A DNA stretch of 64,000 bases. Origin: an uncultured Gemmatimonadales bacterium (lineage in GTDB: Bacteria > Gemmatimonadota > Gemmatimonadetes > Gemmatimonadales > GWC2-71-9). Positions 11,649-20,926 of the stretch are shown piece by piece. The DNA lies in contig CAWFNY010000003.1 of the NCBI GenBank assembly GCA_963817435.1, forward strand, positions 517,065 through 581,064, read 5' to 3'. The notes beneath the pieces were generated by a model. That model did not search any database. It saw only the letters and a list, made by a program, of their open reading frames with translations, and was not told the DNA's origin. Positions within the stretch are counted from its first letter, which is position 1. Every line of letters begins with the position of its first letter. The position numbers and the translations under genes were made by a program.

Positions 11649-11785
11649 GCGACGCCTGCTCCCAGTGGAGTGACTCCTGCAACGGAAACCGACCGACTCC
11701 CGACGCGCAACTTCGGCGGGCGCCGGGTGCATCCCGTGCCGTTCCCCCTCCCGCTACCTTCCCCCGACGCACACGAAGGAACCGC

Positions 11786-13723
11786 ATGTCTGGGCTGTCG
11801 GGAATGATCGGGCGCCTGCCCGAGGGGACGTGGCGTGACGGACTGAGTGCCGCCACGAACCTGCTGTGGCACCGCGGTCCGGACGGGCAGGGCTTCCTGC
11901 TCTTTCGTTCGGCAACGGGCTCGGTGGATGTCGCGCCGGAGGCGGATGCGCTCCCCGGCGACGCCGGCCGCGCGGCCGCCGTCTGCTTCGGCCACCGGCT
12001 GATGCTGCTTCCCGGACCGGCGACCAGCTCGGCGCAACCCGCCGCGAGCGACGACGGCCGGTATCACCTGATCTTCGACGGCGAGATCTACAACGCCACC
12101 GATCTCCGCACCGAATTCGAGGCTGGCGGCCACCGATTCCGCTCGGCGAGCGACACCGAAGTACTGCTGCGCGGCTTCGCCCTGTTCGGCAGTGACCTGC
12201 TCCCGCGGCTCCGCGGGATGTTCGCGCTGGCGCTCCTCGATACCCGCGAACGGAGCGTGCTCCTCGCCCGGGACCAGTTTGGCATCCGGCCGCTCTATTA
12301 CGCTCCGCTCGATGGCGCACTCGCCTTTGCCTCCGAGATCCGGGCCCTCCTCGCCTTTCCGGGCGTGAGCCGCCGGGTGCATCCGGGACGGCTCTATGCC
12401 TTCATGGATCATCTCGACACCGACGACGCCGAAGCGACGATGTTCCAGGGCGTGCGTCAATTGTTGCCGGGCACCTTCACGCGGATCGCCCTGGCCGCGT
12501 CCGGCCCCGTGAAGCTCGAGCGGTACTGGGCTCCGGCGATCGTGCCTGGGCCCGATGAGTCCTTCGAGCGGTCCGCCGGACGCTTCCGCGCCGCCCTCCT
12601 CGACAGCATGCGGCTCCATCTCCGCGGCGACGGTCCGGTCGGCGTGGCACTGTCAGGCGGCATGGACTCCTCCGCGGTGACGGTGGCGACCCGCGCAGTT
12701 GCCGGTCCGGGCCGGCCGATCCACACCTTCACCTTCGTTCCGACTGAGGGCGCGGTGAGCGAGGCGCCATACGCGCGCGCCGCCTCGGTGGCGGCCGGCG
12801 CCACCTGGCACGGTGTGGAGGTGGATGCTGTTGACATCGCGCGGGAATATCGGGCGCTCATTCTCGATCATGGCGAGCCCTTTCACGGGCCGACGATCTA
12901 CGCGCAGCGCCGGGTCTTCCAGGCCGCGCGCGATGCCGGGGTGAAGATCCTGCTCGAGGGGCAGGGCTCCGATGAATTCCTCGCCGGCTACGACCGGTAC
13001 GTCACTTCCCGGACACTCTCCCTCCTCCGCTGCGGGCGCCTGGATTCGGCGGCACGATTCGCGTCGCATCTCGGCCCCTTGCGTGGCGCGCTGCTGATTC
13101 GCGCCGCCATCCGCATGGGGCTCCCGGGCGGGCTGCAGACCCGGCTCCGGCACTGGCGCTATGGGCGCCGAGGCGCCGATGGCGCCACGCGGGCGGAGTG
13201 GTTCGAGTCGCGGGGAGTCCTGCCGGAGCCGGCGTGGCGACCGGTGGGACGGCATTGCATGCACGAACACTCCATCCACACCCTGATCGGGAATCCGATG
13301 CAGGCGTTGCTCCGCTACGGCGACCGCAACGCGATGACCTTCTCCATCGAGAACCGGGTGCCGTTCCTGCATGTCCCGCTCGTCGAGCTCGCGTTCTCCC
13401 TGCCGGAGGAGCATCTCCTCCGCATGGACGGCACCCGCAAGGCGGTGCTGCGCCGCGCGCTCGGCGATCTCATTCCCGGCGAAGTGCTCCACCGGACCGA
13501 CAAGGTGGGCTTCGCGACGCCGGTGGTCGGATGGTTGCGCGCGCTCACGCCATGGGTGGAGCAGCAGCTCGCGCGGGGCGGGGAGCTGCCCTGCTTCGAT
13601 GGGCTGGCGCTGCGGCGGCACTGGAATGGGCTGCTGGCCGGCCGCCGCGCGGACCCGCTCTCCGTCTGGCGTTGCATCGGTCTGGTGCTGTGGGCCGATG
13701 CCTATGGTGTCACTTTCGACTAG
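11786..13723 (+). CDS. Asparagine synthase (glutamine-hydrolysing) family protein with Ser in place of the N-terminal Cys
   Basis: 645 aa. GATase-II blocks (FGHRLMLL, FDGEIYN, SDTEVLL, GMFA) and a synthetase PP-loop (ALSGGMDSS). The N-terminus reads MSGLSG instead of MCGIxG. Confidence 0.9.
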   Translation: MSGLSGMIGRLPEGTWRDGLSAATNLLWHRGPDGQGFLLFRSATGSVDVAPEADALPGDAGRAAAVCFGHRLMLLPGPATSSAQPAASDDGRYHLIFDGEIYNATDLRTEFEAGGHRFRSASDTEVLLRGFALFGSDLLPRLRGMFALALLDTRERSVLLARDQFGIRPLYYAPLDGALAFASEIRALLAFPGVSRRVHPGRLYAFMDHLDTDDAEATMFQGVRQLLPGTFTRIALAASGPVKLERYWAPAIVPGPDESFERSAGRFRAALLDSMRLHLRGDGPVGVALSGGMDSSAVTVATRAVAGPGRPIHTFTFVPTEGAVSEAPYARAASVAAGATWHGVEVDAVDIAREYRALILDHGEPFHGPTIYAQRRVFQAARDAGVKILLEGQGSDEFLAGYDRYVTSRTLSLLRCGRLDSAARFASHLGPLRGALLIRAAIRMGLPGGLQTRLRHWRYGRRGADGATRAEWFESRGVLPEPAWRPVGRHCMHEHSIHTLIGNPMQALLRYGDRNAMTFSIENRVPFLHVPLVELAFSLPEEHLLRMDGTRKAVLRRALGDLIPGEVLHRTDKVGFATPVVGWLRALTPWVEQQLARGGELPCFDGLALRRHWNGLLAGRRADPLSVWRCIGLVLWADAYGVTFD

Positions 13724-14466
13724 GGCGCCTGCCCAAGATCCTTCAGCCGTCCGCGCGCCTCGCCGTTGGTGGAGTCGCGCTGCAGTGCCTCACGGAAGGC
13801 TCCCGCTGCCGCGTTCGTGTCGCCCTTCATCAGCAGGATGTTGCCGCGGAAGACCGAGATGCCGCTCGAGCCGGGGAAGAACCCCTCGTTCACCTTGAGC
13901 AACTCCAGCGCATCGTCATAGTGCTTCTCGCGCCCCACCTGAAATGCCGACATGCTGAGCGATCGCTCGCCGAAGTCGAAGGCGTCCCGCCCGAAGTACC
14001 GCTCCCGGAGCGCACGATAGAGCCGGACCCCCGAATCGGCGCCGGCCGCGATTGTCGCCTCGGCGACTCGGGTGGCGAGCGGCACCGGCCGGCTCACACC
14101 GCGGTGACAGGTCATGCAGGTCACCTGCACGCCGGGCGTCGGTCGCTCGGGGATCGTGTCCAGTCGCTTGTTGATCTCCTCCACCATTCGCATCATCTGC
14201 CTGGCAACCAGCTTGGTCCGCTTCTTGTCGTCGGGGAAGTTGTAGGTCCCGAGTGGCTTCCCCTCCTCCCCGACATGACAAAAGCTGCAGCGCACTCCGA
14301 GCCCGCCGGCGAAGTTGCGCATGGTGCCGATGACCTGCATGACGGGGGTATCGTGAGGAATCACCTTGGTATTGACCAGCGAGTCCGGTGGCCACTTGCC
14401 GGGCGCCTGCGCGGAGAGGGTCAGGGGAAGTGCAGCGAGGATGAGCCCCATGAGGGTGGGTCGCAT
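13720..14466 (-). CDS. c-type cytochrome (reaction-centre cytochrome c-like fold, 2 CxxCH) with a C-terminal TPR-like region
   Basis: ORF 13720..14904. ATG at 14466 gives the signal MRPTLMGLILAALPLTLSAQA. CSFCH and CMTCH. FAGGLGVRCSFCH...KKRTKLVARQMMRMVEEIN is typical of the CytoC_RC family. Confidence 0.8.
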   Translation of the reverse strand: MRPTLMGLILAALPLTLSAQAPGKWPPDSLVNTKVIPHDTPVMQVIGTMRNFAGGLGVRCSFCHVGEEGKPLGTYNFPDDKKRTKLVARQMMRMVEEINKRLDTIPERPTPGVQVTCMTCHRGVSRPVPLATRVAEATIAAGADSGVRLYRALRERYFGRDAFDFGERSLSMSAFQVGREKHYDDALELLKVNEGFFPGSSGISVFRGNILLMKGDTNAAAGAFREALQRDSTNGEARGRLKDLGQAP

Positions 14467-14695
14467 CGAGAAGCCTCGGACGTGAGGAGGGGAGCGGTGG
14501 CGGACGCCCGCGGATAGTGCAGACCGGGGCGTGTTCTGGTCAAGGCGCGGGTGCTCTGGCTCAATCTCGGCCCGCGCTCCAGATTGTCCATAGTCGTCCA
14601 TTCCCACGTTCTCCATCCCGACATCTCCGGCCGCCGAGGTCGAACCTCTCGGCGCAGACCGGTGCAAGCGCGCCGCCGGCAGAGAGGGGACCCGG

Positions 14696-16627
14696 ATGCC
14701 ATCGAGGCAGGCTCTCGTGTTCGTTGCCGCGGCTGTGCTGGCGCCGCTGGCCGTGCGCATGATCGCGCGCCGGGCCGGCGGACGGCTGGCTGCGCACCTG
14801 CACGGCCAGCCGGTGCCGTTCATCACGATCGTGGCACTCGGCGCCTCTCTAGGTGGTCTTTCCGGCCTGGCCGAATCGGCCCCGTTCGTGCTTCGCCATC
14901 TCATCGAGGGTAACCTGGCAAGGAGCTTCAGCTGGGACGTTGTCTGGATGGCCCCGGCGTCGGGTGTGCTGAGCTTCAGCCTTCTCGCGACGCTCCTGGC
15001 AATCGCCTTCCCGGTCCCCTCGACTGCCCGGGCCAGCGGCAGCGGCGTCGGCCGTCTGGGCGCCGTTGCCCTGACCCCGTCCCTGTTCGTACTGGTGAGT
15101 CTCGCCGCCTACAGCGTACTCCAGATACCCTTGTTCGGCCTGTATCGCTGGAGCGCGTGGCTTCTCAGCCTGGGATTGGCGACACTGTCGCTGCGCGCGT
15201 TCTCGGGACCCCCGGAGCCGCTGGCGCGCACGATTGGCCGGGCATCCCGATGGACCTTGCCTGCGTACGGCCTGCTCGTGCTGGTCGGACTCTGGTACAT
15301 GCCGAAACCGCGGGAGGCCCGGGCGCTGGCACGGCTCCCCGGCGCGGATGCCGGCGAGCCCAACGTTCTGCTCCTCGTGCTGGACACGGTGCGCGCTGCG
15401 AGCCTTGGGTTATATGGCTATGCACGGCCGACGACCCCGAATCTCGAGAAGCTCGCCGCTCGAGGCGCCGTGTTCGATTGGGCCATCGCGACCGCGCCGT
15501 GGACGCTCCCATCACACGCGAGCATGTTCACGGGACTTTATCCGACCGGGCTTGAGGTTGACTACAACATCCCCCTCGCGGAGCACCATCAGACCCTGGC
15601 TGAGGCCCTGAGAGCGCGGGGCTACGCCACGGCCGGATTCGTGGCCAACATGGCCTTTACTACCCGGATTTCCGGGTTGGCGCAGGGCTTTGCCCGCTAC
15701 GAGGACTGGCCCATGACCTGGGGTCGTCTCATCGAGAGCTCATGGCTCCCGCGGACGATCGGCAACAAAGTCCTCTCGCTTGGCAAGCTGCCGTGGCGAG
15801 GAGGGGCACGGCGAAAGAACGCCGCGGACAATGTCGACGACTTCCTCGGCTGGCTCGACGCGAGGCGCCAGCCCGATCGTCCCTTCTTCGCATTCCTCAA
15901 CTTCATCGACGCCCACGATCCCTACTACGCTCCCCAGCGGCTGCGCGACCAGTTTGAACCAGCGGGTGCGCCGATCCTCAGGAAGCGGCCGCATCTCACG
16001 GAGGGCGAGCTGGCGAGCACCAGAGCTGCCTACGAAGCCAGCATCGCGATGCTCGACGAGCAACTGGGCCGGCTGGTGGGCGAGCTCGAGCAGCGCAACC
16101 TGTTCGAGCACACCCTGATCATTGTGGTATCGGACCATGGCGAACACTTCGGGGAGCACGGGCTGCAGTTTCACGGCAACAGTCTCTACCTGCGGCTGAT
16201 CCACGTCCCCCTCGTCGTGGTGTACCCCGGGACTGTTCCGGCCGGCGTCCGGGTCCAGAGGCCGGTGAGCCTGCGCGATATCCCGACGACGGTGCTGCAT
16301 GTGGTGACAGGGTCCGTCGATCATACCTTTCCGGGCCACTCACTCGTGGATAGCACGCGGTGGGGGGATACGGTCCCGCTTGAGCCACTCCTGTCGGTCA
16401 GGCAGAAGCCCTACCTGGCCAAGCCGTGGGAGCCCTCGTTCCAGGGTACGATGCGGTCGGTGTTGCAGTTCCCGTATCATTTGATCCGACACGACGGTGG
16501 ACAGGAGGAACTCTACCGGGTGGATCTCGACCCGGCGGAAGCCCGCGACCGGGTCGCGGCGACGGACCCGCTGCTTCTGCGACGACTGGGGCACACTCTG
16601 GACTCGCTCGTCCAGGATGCGCCGTAG
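14696..16627 (+). CDS. Membrane-anchored sulfatase-fold (alkaline phosphatase superfamily) protein
   Basis: 643 aa. About 200 aa of N-terminal TM helices, then NVLLLVLDTVRA...APWTLPSHASMFTG...SDHGEHFGEHG. Confidence 0.85.
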   Translation: MPSRQALVFVAAAVLAPLAVRMIARRAGGRLAAHLHGQPVPFITIVALGASLGGLSGLAESAPFVLRHLIEGNLARSFSWDVVWMAPASGVLSFSLLATLLAIAFPVPSTARASGSGVGRLGAVALTPSLFVLVSLAAYSVLQIPLFGLYRWSAWLLSLGLATLSLRAFSGPPEPLARTIGRASRWTLPAYGLLVLVGLWYMPKPREARALARLPGADAGEPNVLLLVLDTVRAASLGLYGYARPTTPNLEKLAARGAVFDWAIATAPWTLPSHASMFTGLYPTGLEVDYNIPLAEHHQTLAEALRARGYATAGFVANMAFTTRISGLAQGFARYEDWPMTWGRLIESSWLPRTIGNKVLSLGKLPWRGGARRKNAADNVDDFLGWLDARRQPDRPFFAFLNFIDAHDPYYAPQRLRDQFEPAGAPILRKRPHLTEGELASTRAAYEASIAMLDEQLGRLVGELEQRNLFEHTLIIVVSDHGEHFGEHGLQFHGNSLYLRLIHVPLVVVYPGTVPAGVRVQRPVSLRDIPTTVLHVVTGSVDHTFPGHSLVDSTRWGDTVPLEPLLSVRQKPYLAKPWEPSFQGTMRSVLQFPYHLIRHDGGQEELYRVDLDPAEARDRVAATDPLLLRRLGHTLDSLVQDAP

Positions 16628-16657
16628 CGTCGCTCCGCCTCACTCGGACTGATACCC

Positions 16658-17629
16658 ATGCCAGACGCCCCCAGGAAGAAAGCCACCCGAAAGCGTGCCA
16701 AGGCTGCCCCGGAGCCGCGCGGCCTCACGCCGAAGCAGCTCACCTCGACCCAGCTCCCGGTGGCGCTCGAACGGCTGAGCGAGCTGATCGTGGAGGATGG
16801 CGGTGTGGTGATCGGTGCCTATCGTGAGCCGCTCGGCTCGCAGTGGCAACTGCTCGCGGGACTGCCGCTCGAAAAGGTGGCGCCCACACCGTACCAGCGG
16901 GATCTCTCGGAGCCGCACGTCGCCCGCCTCGCCGATGCGATGACGCGGCTCGGAAGATTCATGGATCCGGTGATCGCCGTACGGAGCGGCGAGGGCCAAT
17001 ACTGGACGCCGAACGGCAACCACCGGCTCGCCGCACTCCGCGCGCTCGGCGCACGCACCGTCGTGGCGCTGGTGGTGCCCGAGCCCGAGGTGGCGCACCG
17101 GATCCTGGTGCTCAACTGCGAGAAGGCCCACAATGTCCGCGAGCGTGCCTTCGAGGTGATCCGCCTGGCCGAGGCGCTGGCGGGCCTCGACGATCGCGCG
17201 GAGAAGAGCTACGAGACCGAGTTCGAGGAGCCGTCGCTCCTCACCCTGGGCTGCTGCTACCAGAAGAACGGCCGCTTCTCCGGCGGAGCCTATCACCCGG
17301 TGCTCAAGCGGTGCGAAGCGTTCCTGGGTTCGAAGCTCTCCACCGCGCTTGCCACGCGAAGGGAGAGGGCGAAGAAGCTGCTGGAACTCGATGCCGCGGT
17401 CTCGGAGGCGGTGAAGGGGCTCAAGGAGCGCGGCTTCGAGAGTCCGTACCTCAAGGCTTTCGTGCTGGCACGAATCAACCCGCTCCGCTTCACCCTCAAG
17501 CGGGGGCAGAAGGCCGACTTCGACGAAACCATCGGCAAGATGCTGACGGCGGCGAAGAAGTTCGACGCGGGGAAGATCCGCGCCGACCAGGTGGCGCGCG
17601 CGGGGGGAGCGCCGGACAGCGCGGAGTAG
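16658..17629 (+). CDS. ParB/Sulfiredoxin-like N-terminal domain protein
   Basis: 323 aa. PTPYQRDLSEPHVARLADAM...PVIAV...YWTPNGNHRLAALRALG matches the ParB N-terminal/Srx fold core. Basic N-terminus. Confidence 0.7.
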   Translation: MPDAPRKKATRKRAKAAPEPRGLTPKQLTSTQLPVALERLSELIVEDGGVVIGAYREPLGSQWQLLAGLPLEKVAPTPYQRDLSEPHVARLADAMTRLGRFMDPVIAVRSGEGQYWTPNGNHRLAALRALGARTVVALVVPEPEVAHRILVLNCEKAHNVRERAFEVIRLAEALAGLDDRAEKSYETEFEEPSLLTLGCCYQKNGRFSGGAYHPVLKRCEAFLGSKLSTALATRRERAKKLLELDAAVSEAVKGLKERGFESPYLKAFVLARINPLRFTLKRGQKADFDETIGKMLTAAKKFDAGKIRADQVARAGGAPDSAE

Positions 17630-17646
17630 GGACGGCGCGGTGAGGG

Positions 17647-20600
17647 GTGCCTCTGGCCCCTGCACTCCTCGCGCTCTATGTTCTAGCCTCGAATCCTTCC
17701 ACTCCGGGGCCATCCCTGTCCGACCCGTCCGATCGTCTCAAGGCTGCCCTCGCTGACCGCTACACCCTCGAGCGCGAACTCGGCGCCGGAGGCATGGCCA
17801 CCGTTTATCTCGCCGAGGACGTGAGGCACCACCGCAAGGTCGCGGTGAAGGTGCTCCGCCCCGAACTCGCCGCGACGCTCGGGCCGACCCGCTTCGTCCG
17901 CGAGATCGAGATCGCCGCCCAGCTTCAGCACCCCCACATCCTGCCGCTGCTCGACTCGGGGGAGGCCGCCGGCTTCCTCTACTACGTGATGCCGTACATC
18001 GATGGCGAATCGCTCCGCGACCGGCTGAGCAAGAAGGGTGAGCTCCCGCTCGCCGAGGCGACGCGGCTGCTGCGGGATGTGGCCGATGCGCTGTCCTACG
18101 CCCATGGCCGGGGCGTCGTCCACCGGGACATCAAGCCCGACAACGTCATGCTCTCCGGCCGCCACGCCCTGGTGATGGACTTCGGCGTGGCCAAGGCCGT
18201 CAGCGAGGCGACCGGGCGGAACAGCCTCACCTCGGTGGGCATCGCGCTCGGTACCCCGACCTACATGGCGCCGGAGCAGGCCGCCGCCGATCCGAACGTC
18301 GATCACCGTGCCGACATCTACGCCCTCGGCGTGATGGGGTACGAGCTGCTCGCCGGCCGGCCGCCATTCGTCGGCATGACACCGCAGCAGGTGCTCGCCG
18401 CGCACGTCACCGAGGTCCCGAGGCCGGTCACCGATCTGCGCAACACCTGCCCGCCCACGCTCGCCGAGACGATCATGCGCTGTCTCGCCAAGCGGCCGGC
18501 AGACCGGTGGCAGAGCGCAGAGGAAGTGGTGGAACGGCTCGAGGTGCTTGGCACGCCGAGCGGCGGCATGACGCCGACCCAGACCCAGCCGACCCAGGCT
18601 GTCCGCATCGAGGACAAGTGGTACAGCCACCCTGGCCGCATGGCGGGGATCTTCCTCGTCGCGGCGGTCGCGCTCCTTGGGGTCGTCTACTTCCTCACCA
18701 TCCAGCTCGGCCTGCCTGACTGGGTGCCGTGGGTCGGCGCGGCGCTGGCAGGCGCCGGCCTGCCGATCATGATCGTCACCGGACTGATGGAGCGGCGGCG
18801 GGACGCGGCGCGCGCCACCGGGATGTGGTCGGCAAGCGGCGAGACCGGGATGCAGCGGCACCTCACCTGGAAGAAGTCGCTGCGCGGCGGCTATCTCGCC
18901 TTTGGCGGGCTCGCGGCGGCCGCGATCATCTACACCGCCATGCGGCTGCTCGGCATCGGGCCCGTCGGCACGCTGATGGCCTCGGGCAAGCTGAGCGAAA
19001 AGGACCAGCTCATCGTCGCGGATTTCGAGAATCGCACGCCGGACTCCACCCTCGCCGGCTCGGTCACGGAGGCGTTCCGCATCGATCTCGGCCAGTCGCC
19101 GACGGTACGCATCCTCTCGACCTCCGCGGTCAGCGACGCGCTGGGGCGGATGCAGAAGCCGCTCGACTCGCCGCTCACCCTCGCACTGGCCCGCGACCTC
19201 GCGCAGCGCGAAGGCGCGAAGGCCATCGTGGCCGGGGAGATCAGCGCCGTCGGCCGAAGCTACGTGCTGGTGGCGAGGATCATCAGTGCTCAGGACGGGA
19301 GCGAGCTGATCGCCATCCGGGAGACGGCGCCGGACGACGCCGGCATCGTCACCGCCATCGACCGGCTCTCCGGCAAGGTGCGGGAGCGGATCGGCGAGTC
19401 GCTCCGAACCATCCGCGGCGGCGAGCCGCTCGAGAAGGTGACGACCAATTCGCTCGAGGCGCTCCGGTTGTACAGCGAGGCCAATCACCTCAGCGATCAG
19501 GGTGAGGCCGGCAAGGCCATCCCGATTCTGCAGCAGGCCATAGCGCTCGACAGCGGCTTCGCGATGGCCTGGCGGAAGCTCGCGGTGGCGCTCGCCAATG
19601 TCGGCGCCAGCTTCGAGGAGCAGGCCGCCGCGACGATGCGGGCTTATCAGCACCGCGACCGGCTCCCGGAACTCGAGCGCGAGCTGACCACCGCCTACTA
19701 CTACGACCGGGTGGATTCCCGGCCGGACCTGGAGGAAGCGGCCTACCGCCGGATCCTGGCGGTCGATCCGCTCAACAGCATCGCCCTCAACAATCTCGCG
19801 CTGTCGCTGGGCTGGGTCGGCCGGTTCGCCGAGTCGGAATCGCTGGCGACCGTGGCGGTGAACAGTCCCGGTGGTCTCGGCAATACCGTGCTGCAGCTGC
19901 TCAACGCCCAGCTTGCGCAGGGGAAGTTCGACGCCGCGCGGCGGACCATCGAGAGCTTTGGCAAGACCAACCCCAGCTCGCCGATCTATCTGCGCGGCCG
20001 GACGATGCTCCTCATGGCGACCGGCCCGGTCGACAGCGCCAAGCGGGCTCTGCTCGAGATGGGACTCCAGGTGCACTCCCCCGAATATCAGAACTACACG
20101 CGGAGTGGGCTGTCAGGAATCGCCCTGCTGCATGGGCGGCTGACTGAGGCGGACCGGGAACGTGTGGCGAACATCGCCATCTGGGAGCAGCGCGGTTTGC
20201 CGGGGCAGGCGCTCTCCGCCGAGGCCAATCGCGCGCGGCAGGCGCTCTTCTTCAATGGGGATTCCGCCGCAGCGCTCAGGATCCTGCAGGACGCGCTCGT
20301 GAAGTATCCGCTCAAGTCGATGCCGCCACTCGACCGGCCCTACGGCAACATCGCCACCATCTACGCCATGGCGGGTAGAACTGCGGAGGCGAAGCGCCTG
20401 CTGACCGACGCGGAGTCGGCGGTGCCGGAGGGGGCGCGGCGCGGGGATGCGACGTGGTATCAGGCGCGCGGCTGGCTGGCCCTCGGTGAGGGGCGGCCGA
20501 AGGATGCGGTGGCCGAGTTCCGGGAGATCGCCCGAAAGGGACAGCGCGCCGAGTGGGGGCATTGGGAGACCGGCCTCGCCTTCGACCGCGCCAACCTCCC

Positions 20601-20856
20601 CGATTCGGCACTGGCGGAATATCAGATCGCCGGGGATTCCGTCGGCTCCGGCTTCAAGACCCAGGCCGCGCCCTGGGTGCAGGCGCCGAGCCTCAAGCGG
20701 CTGGGGGAGATCTACGAGGCGAAGGGCGACAAGACGAAGGCAATCGAGAACTACACCCGCTTCGTCGATCTCTGGAAGGACGCCGACCCCGTGCTGCAGC
20801 CCGCCGTGCGGGAAGTGAAGGACCGACTCGCGAAGCTCGCCGGCGAAGCGAAGTAG
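17647..20856 (+). CDS. Ser/Thr protein kinase-TM-TPR (paralogue A). The true start may be CTG 17716.
   Basis: 1069 aa ORF from GTG 17647. ELGAGGMATVYLAEDVRHHRKVAVK, HRDIKPDN, DFGVAK, APEQ. TM region, then TPR repeats. Confidence 0.9.
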   Translation: MPLAPALLALYVLASNPSTPGPSLSDPSDRLKAALADRYTLERELGAGGMATVYLAEDVRHHRKVAVKVLRPELAATLGPTRFVREIEIAAQLQHPHILPLLDSGEAAGFLYYVMPYIDGESLRDRLSKKGELPLAEATRLLRDVADALSYAHGRGVVHRDIKPDNVMLSGRHALVMDFGVAKAVSEATGRNSLTSVGIALGTPTYMAPEQAAADPNVDHRADIYALGVMGYELLAGRPPFVGMTPQQVLAAHVTEVPRPVTDLRNTCPPTLAETIMRCLAKRPADRWQSAEEVVERLEVLGTPSGGMTPTQTQPTQAVRIEDKWYSHPGRMAGIFLVAAVALLGVVYFLTIQLGLPDWVPWVGAALAGAGLPIMIVTGLMERRRDAARATGMWSASGETGMQRHLTWKKSLRGGYLAFGGLAAAAIIYTAMRLLGIGPVGTLMASGKLSEKDQLIVADFENRTPDSTLAGSVTEAFRIDLGQSPTVRILSTSAVSDALGRMQKPLDSPLTLALARDLAQREGAKAIVAGEISAVGRSYVLVARIISAQDGSELIAIRETAPDDAGIVTAIDRLSGKVRERIGESLRTIRGGEPLEKVTTNSLEALRLYSEANHLSDQGEAGKAIPILQQAIALDSGFAMAWRKLAVALANVGASFEEQAAATMRAYQHRDRLPELERELTTAYYYDRVDSRPDLEEAAYRRILAVDPLNSIALNNLALSLGWVGRFAESESLATVAVNSPGGLGNTVLQLLNAQLAQGKFDAARRTIESFGKTNPSSPIYLRGRTMLLMATGPVDSAKRALLEMGLQVHSPEYQNYTRSGLSGIALLHGRLTEADRERVANIAIWEQRGLPGQALSAEANRARQALFFNGDSAAALRILQDALVKYPLKSMPPLDRPYGNIATIYAMAGRTAEAKRLLTDAESAVPEGARRGDATWYQARGWLALGEGRPKDAVAEFREIARKGQRAEWGHWETGLAFDRANLPDSALAEYQIAGDSVGSGFKTQAAPWVQAPSLKRLGEIYEAKGDKTKAIENYTRFVDLWKDADPVLQPAVREVKDRLAKLAGEAK

Positions 20857-20877
20857 TTTCGGACCACTCCCCTTGCA

Positions 20878-20911
20878 CTTCTACAGGAGACACCCTACTC
20901 TCTTGTAGAAG
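20878..20911. promoter_or_regulatory. Inverted repeat upstream of padR (candidate PadR operator)
   Basis: CTTCTACA-N18-TGTAGAAG, ending 15 nt before the padR ATG (20927). Confidence 0.35.
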
Positions 20912-20926
20912 ACGGAGGGGAACCCC

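Noticed and set aside
11786-13723. A lasso-peptide cyclase or other RiPP cluster around the AsnB homologue.
   Set aside because: There is no transglutaminase-like protease, PqqD/RRE or short precursor ORF nearby. The glutaminase-domain blocks are largely retained, unlike in lasso cyclases.
17683-20076. Very long antisense ORFs opposite real genes. Examples: 17683..20076(-), 25457..28012(-), 28375..30414(-), 36122..38131(+), 46043..48046(+), 48234..50516(-), 61795..63615(-).
   Set aside because: Their translations are Arg/Gly/Pro/Ala-rich, low-complexity and carry no family motifs. The opposite strand carries clear homologues. These are typical shadow ORFs of GC-rich DNA.
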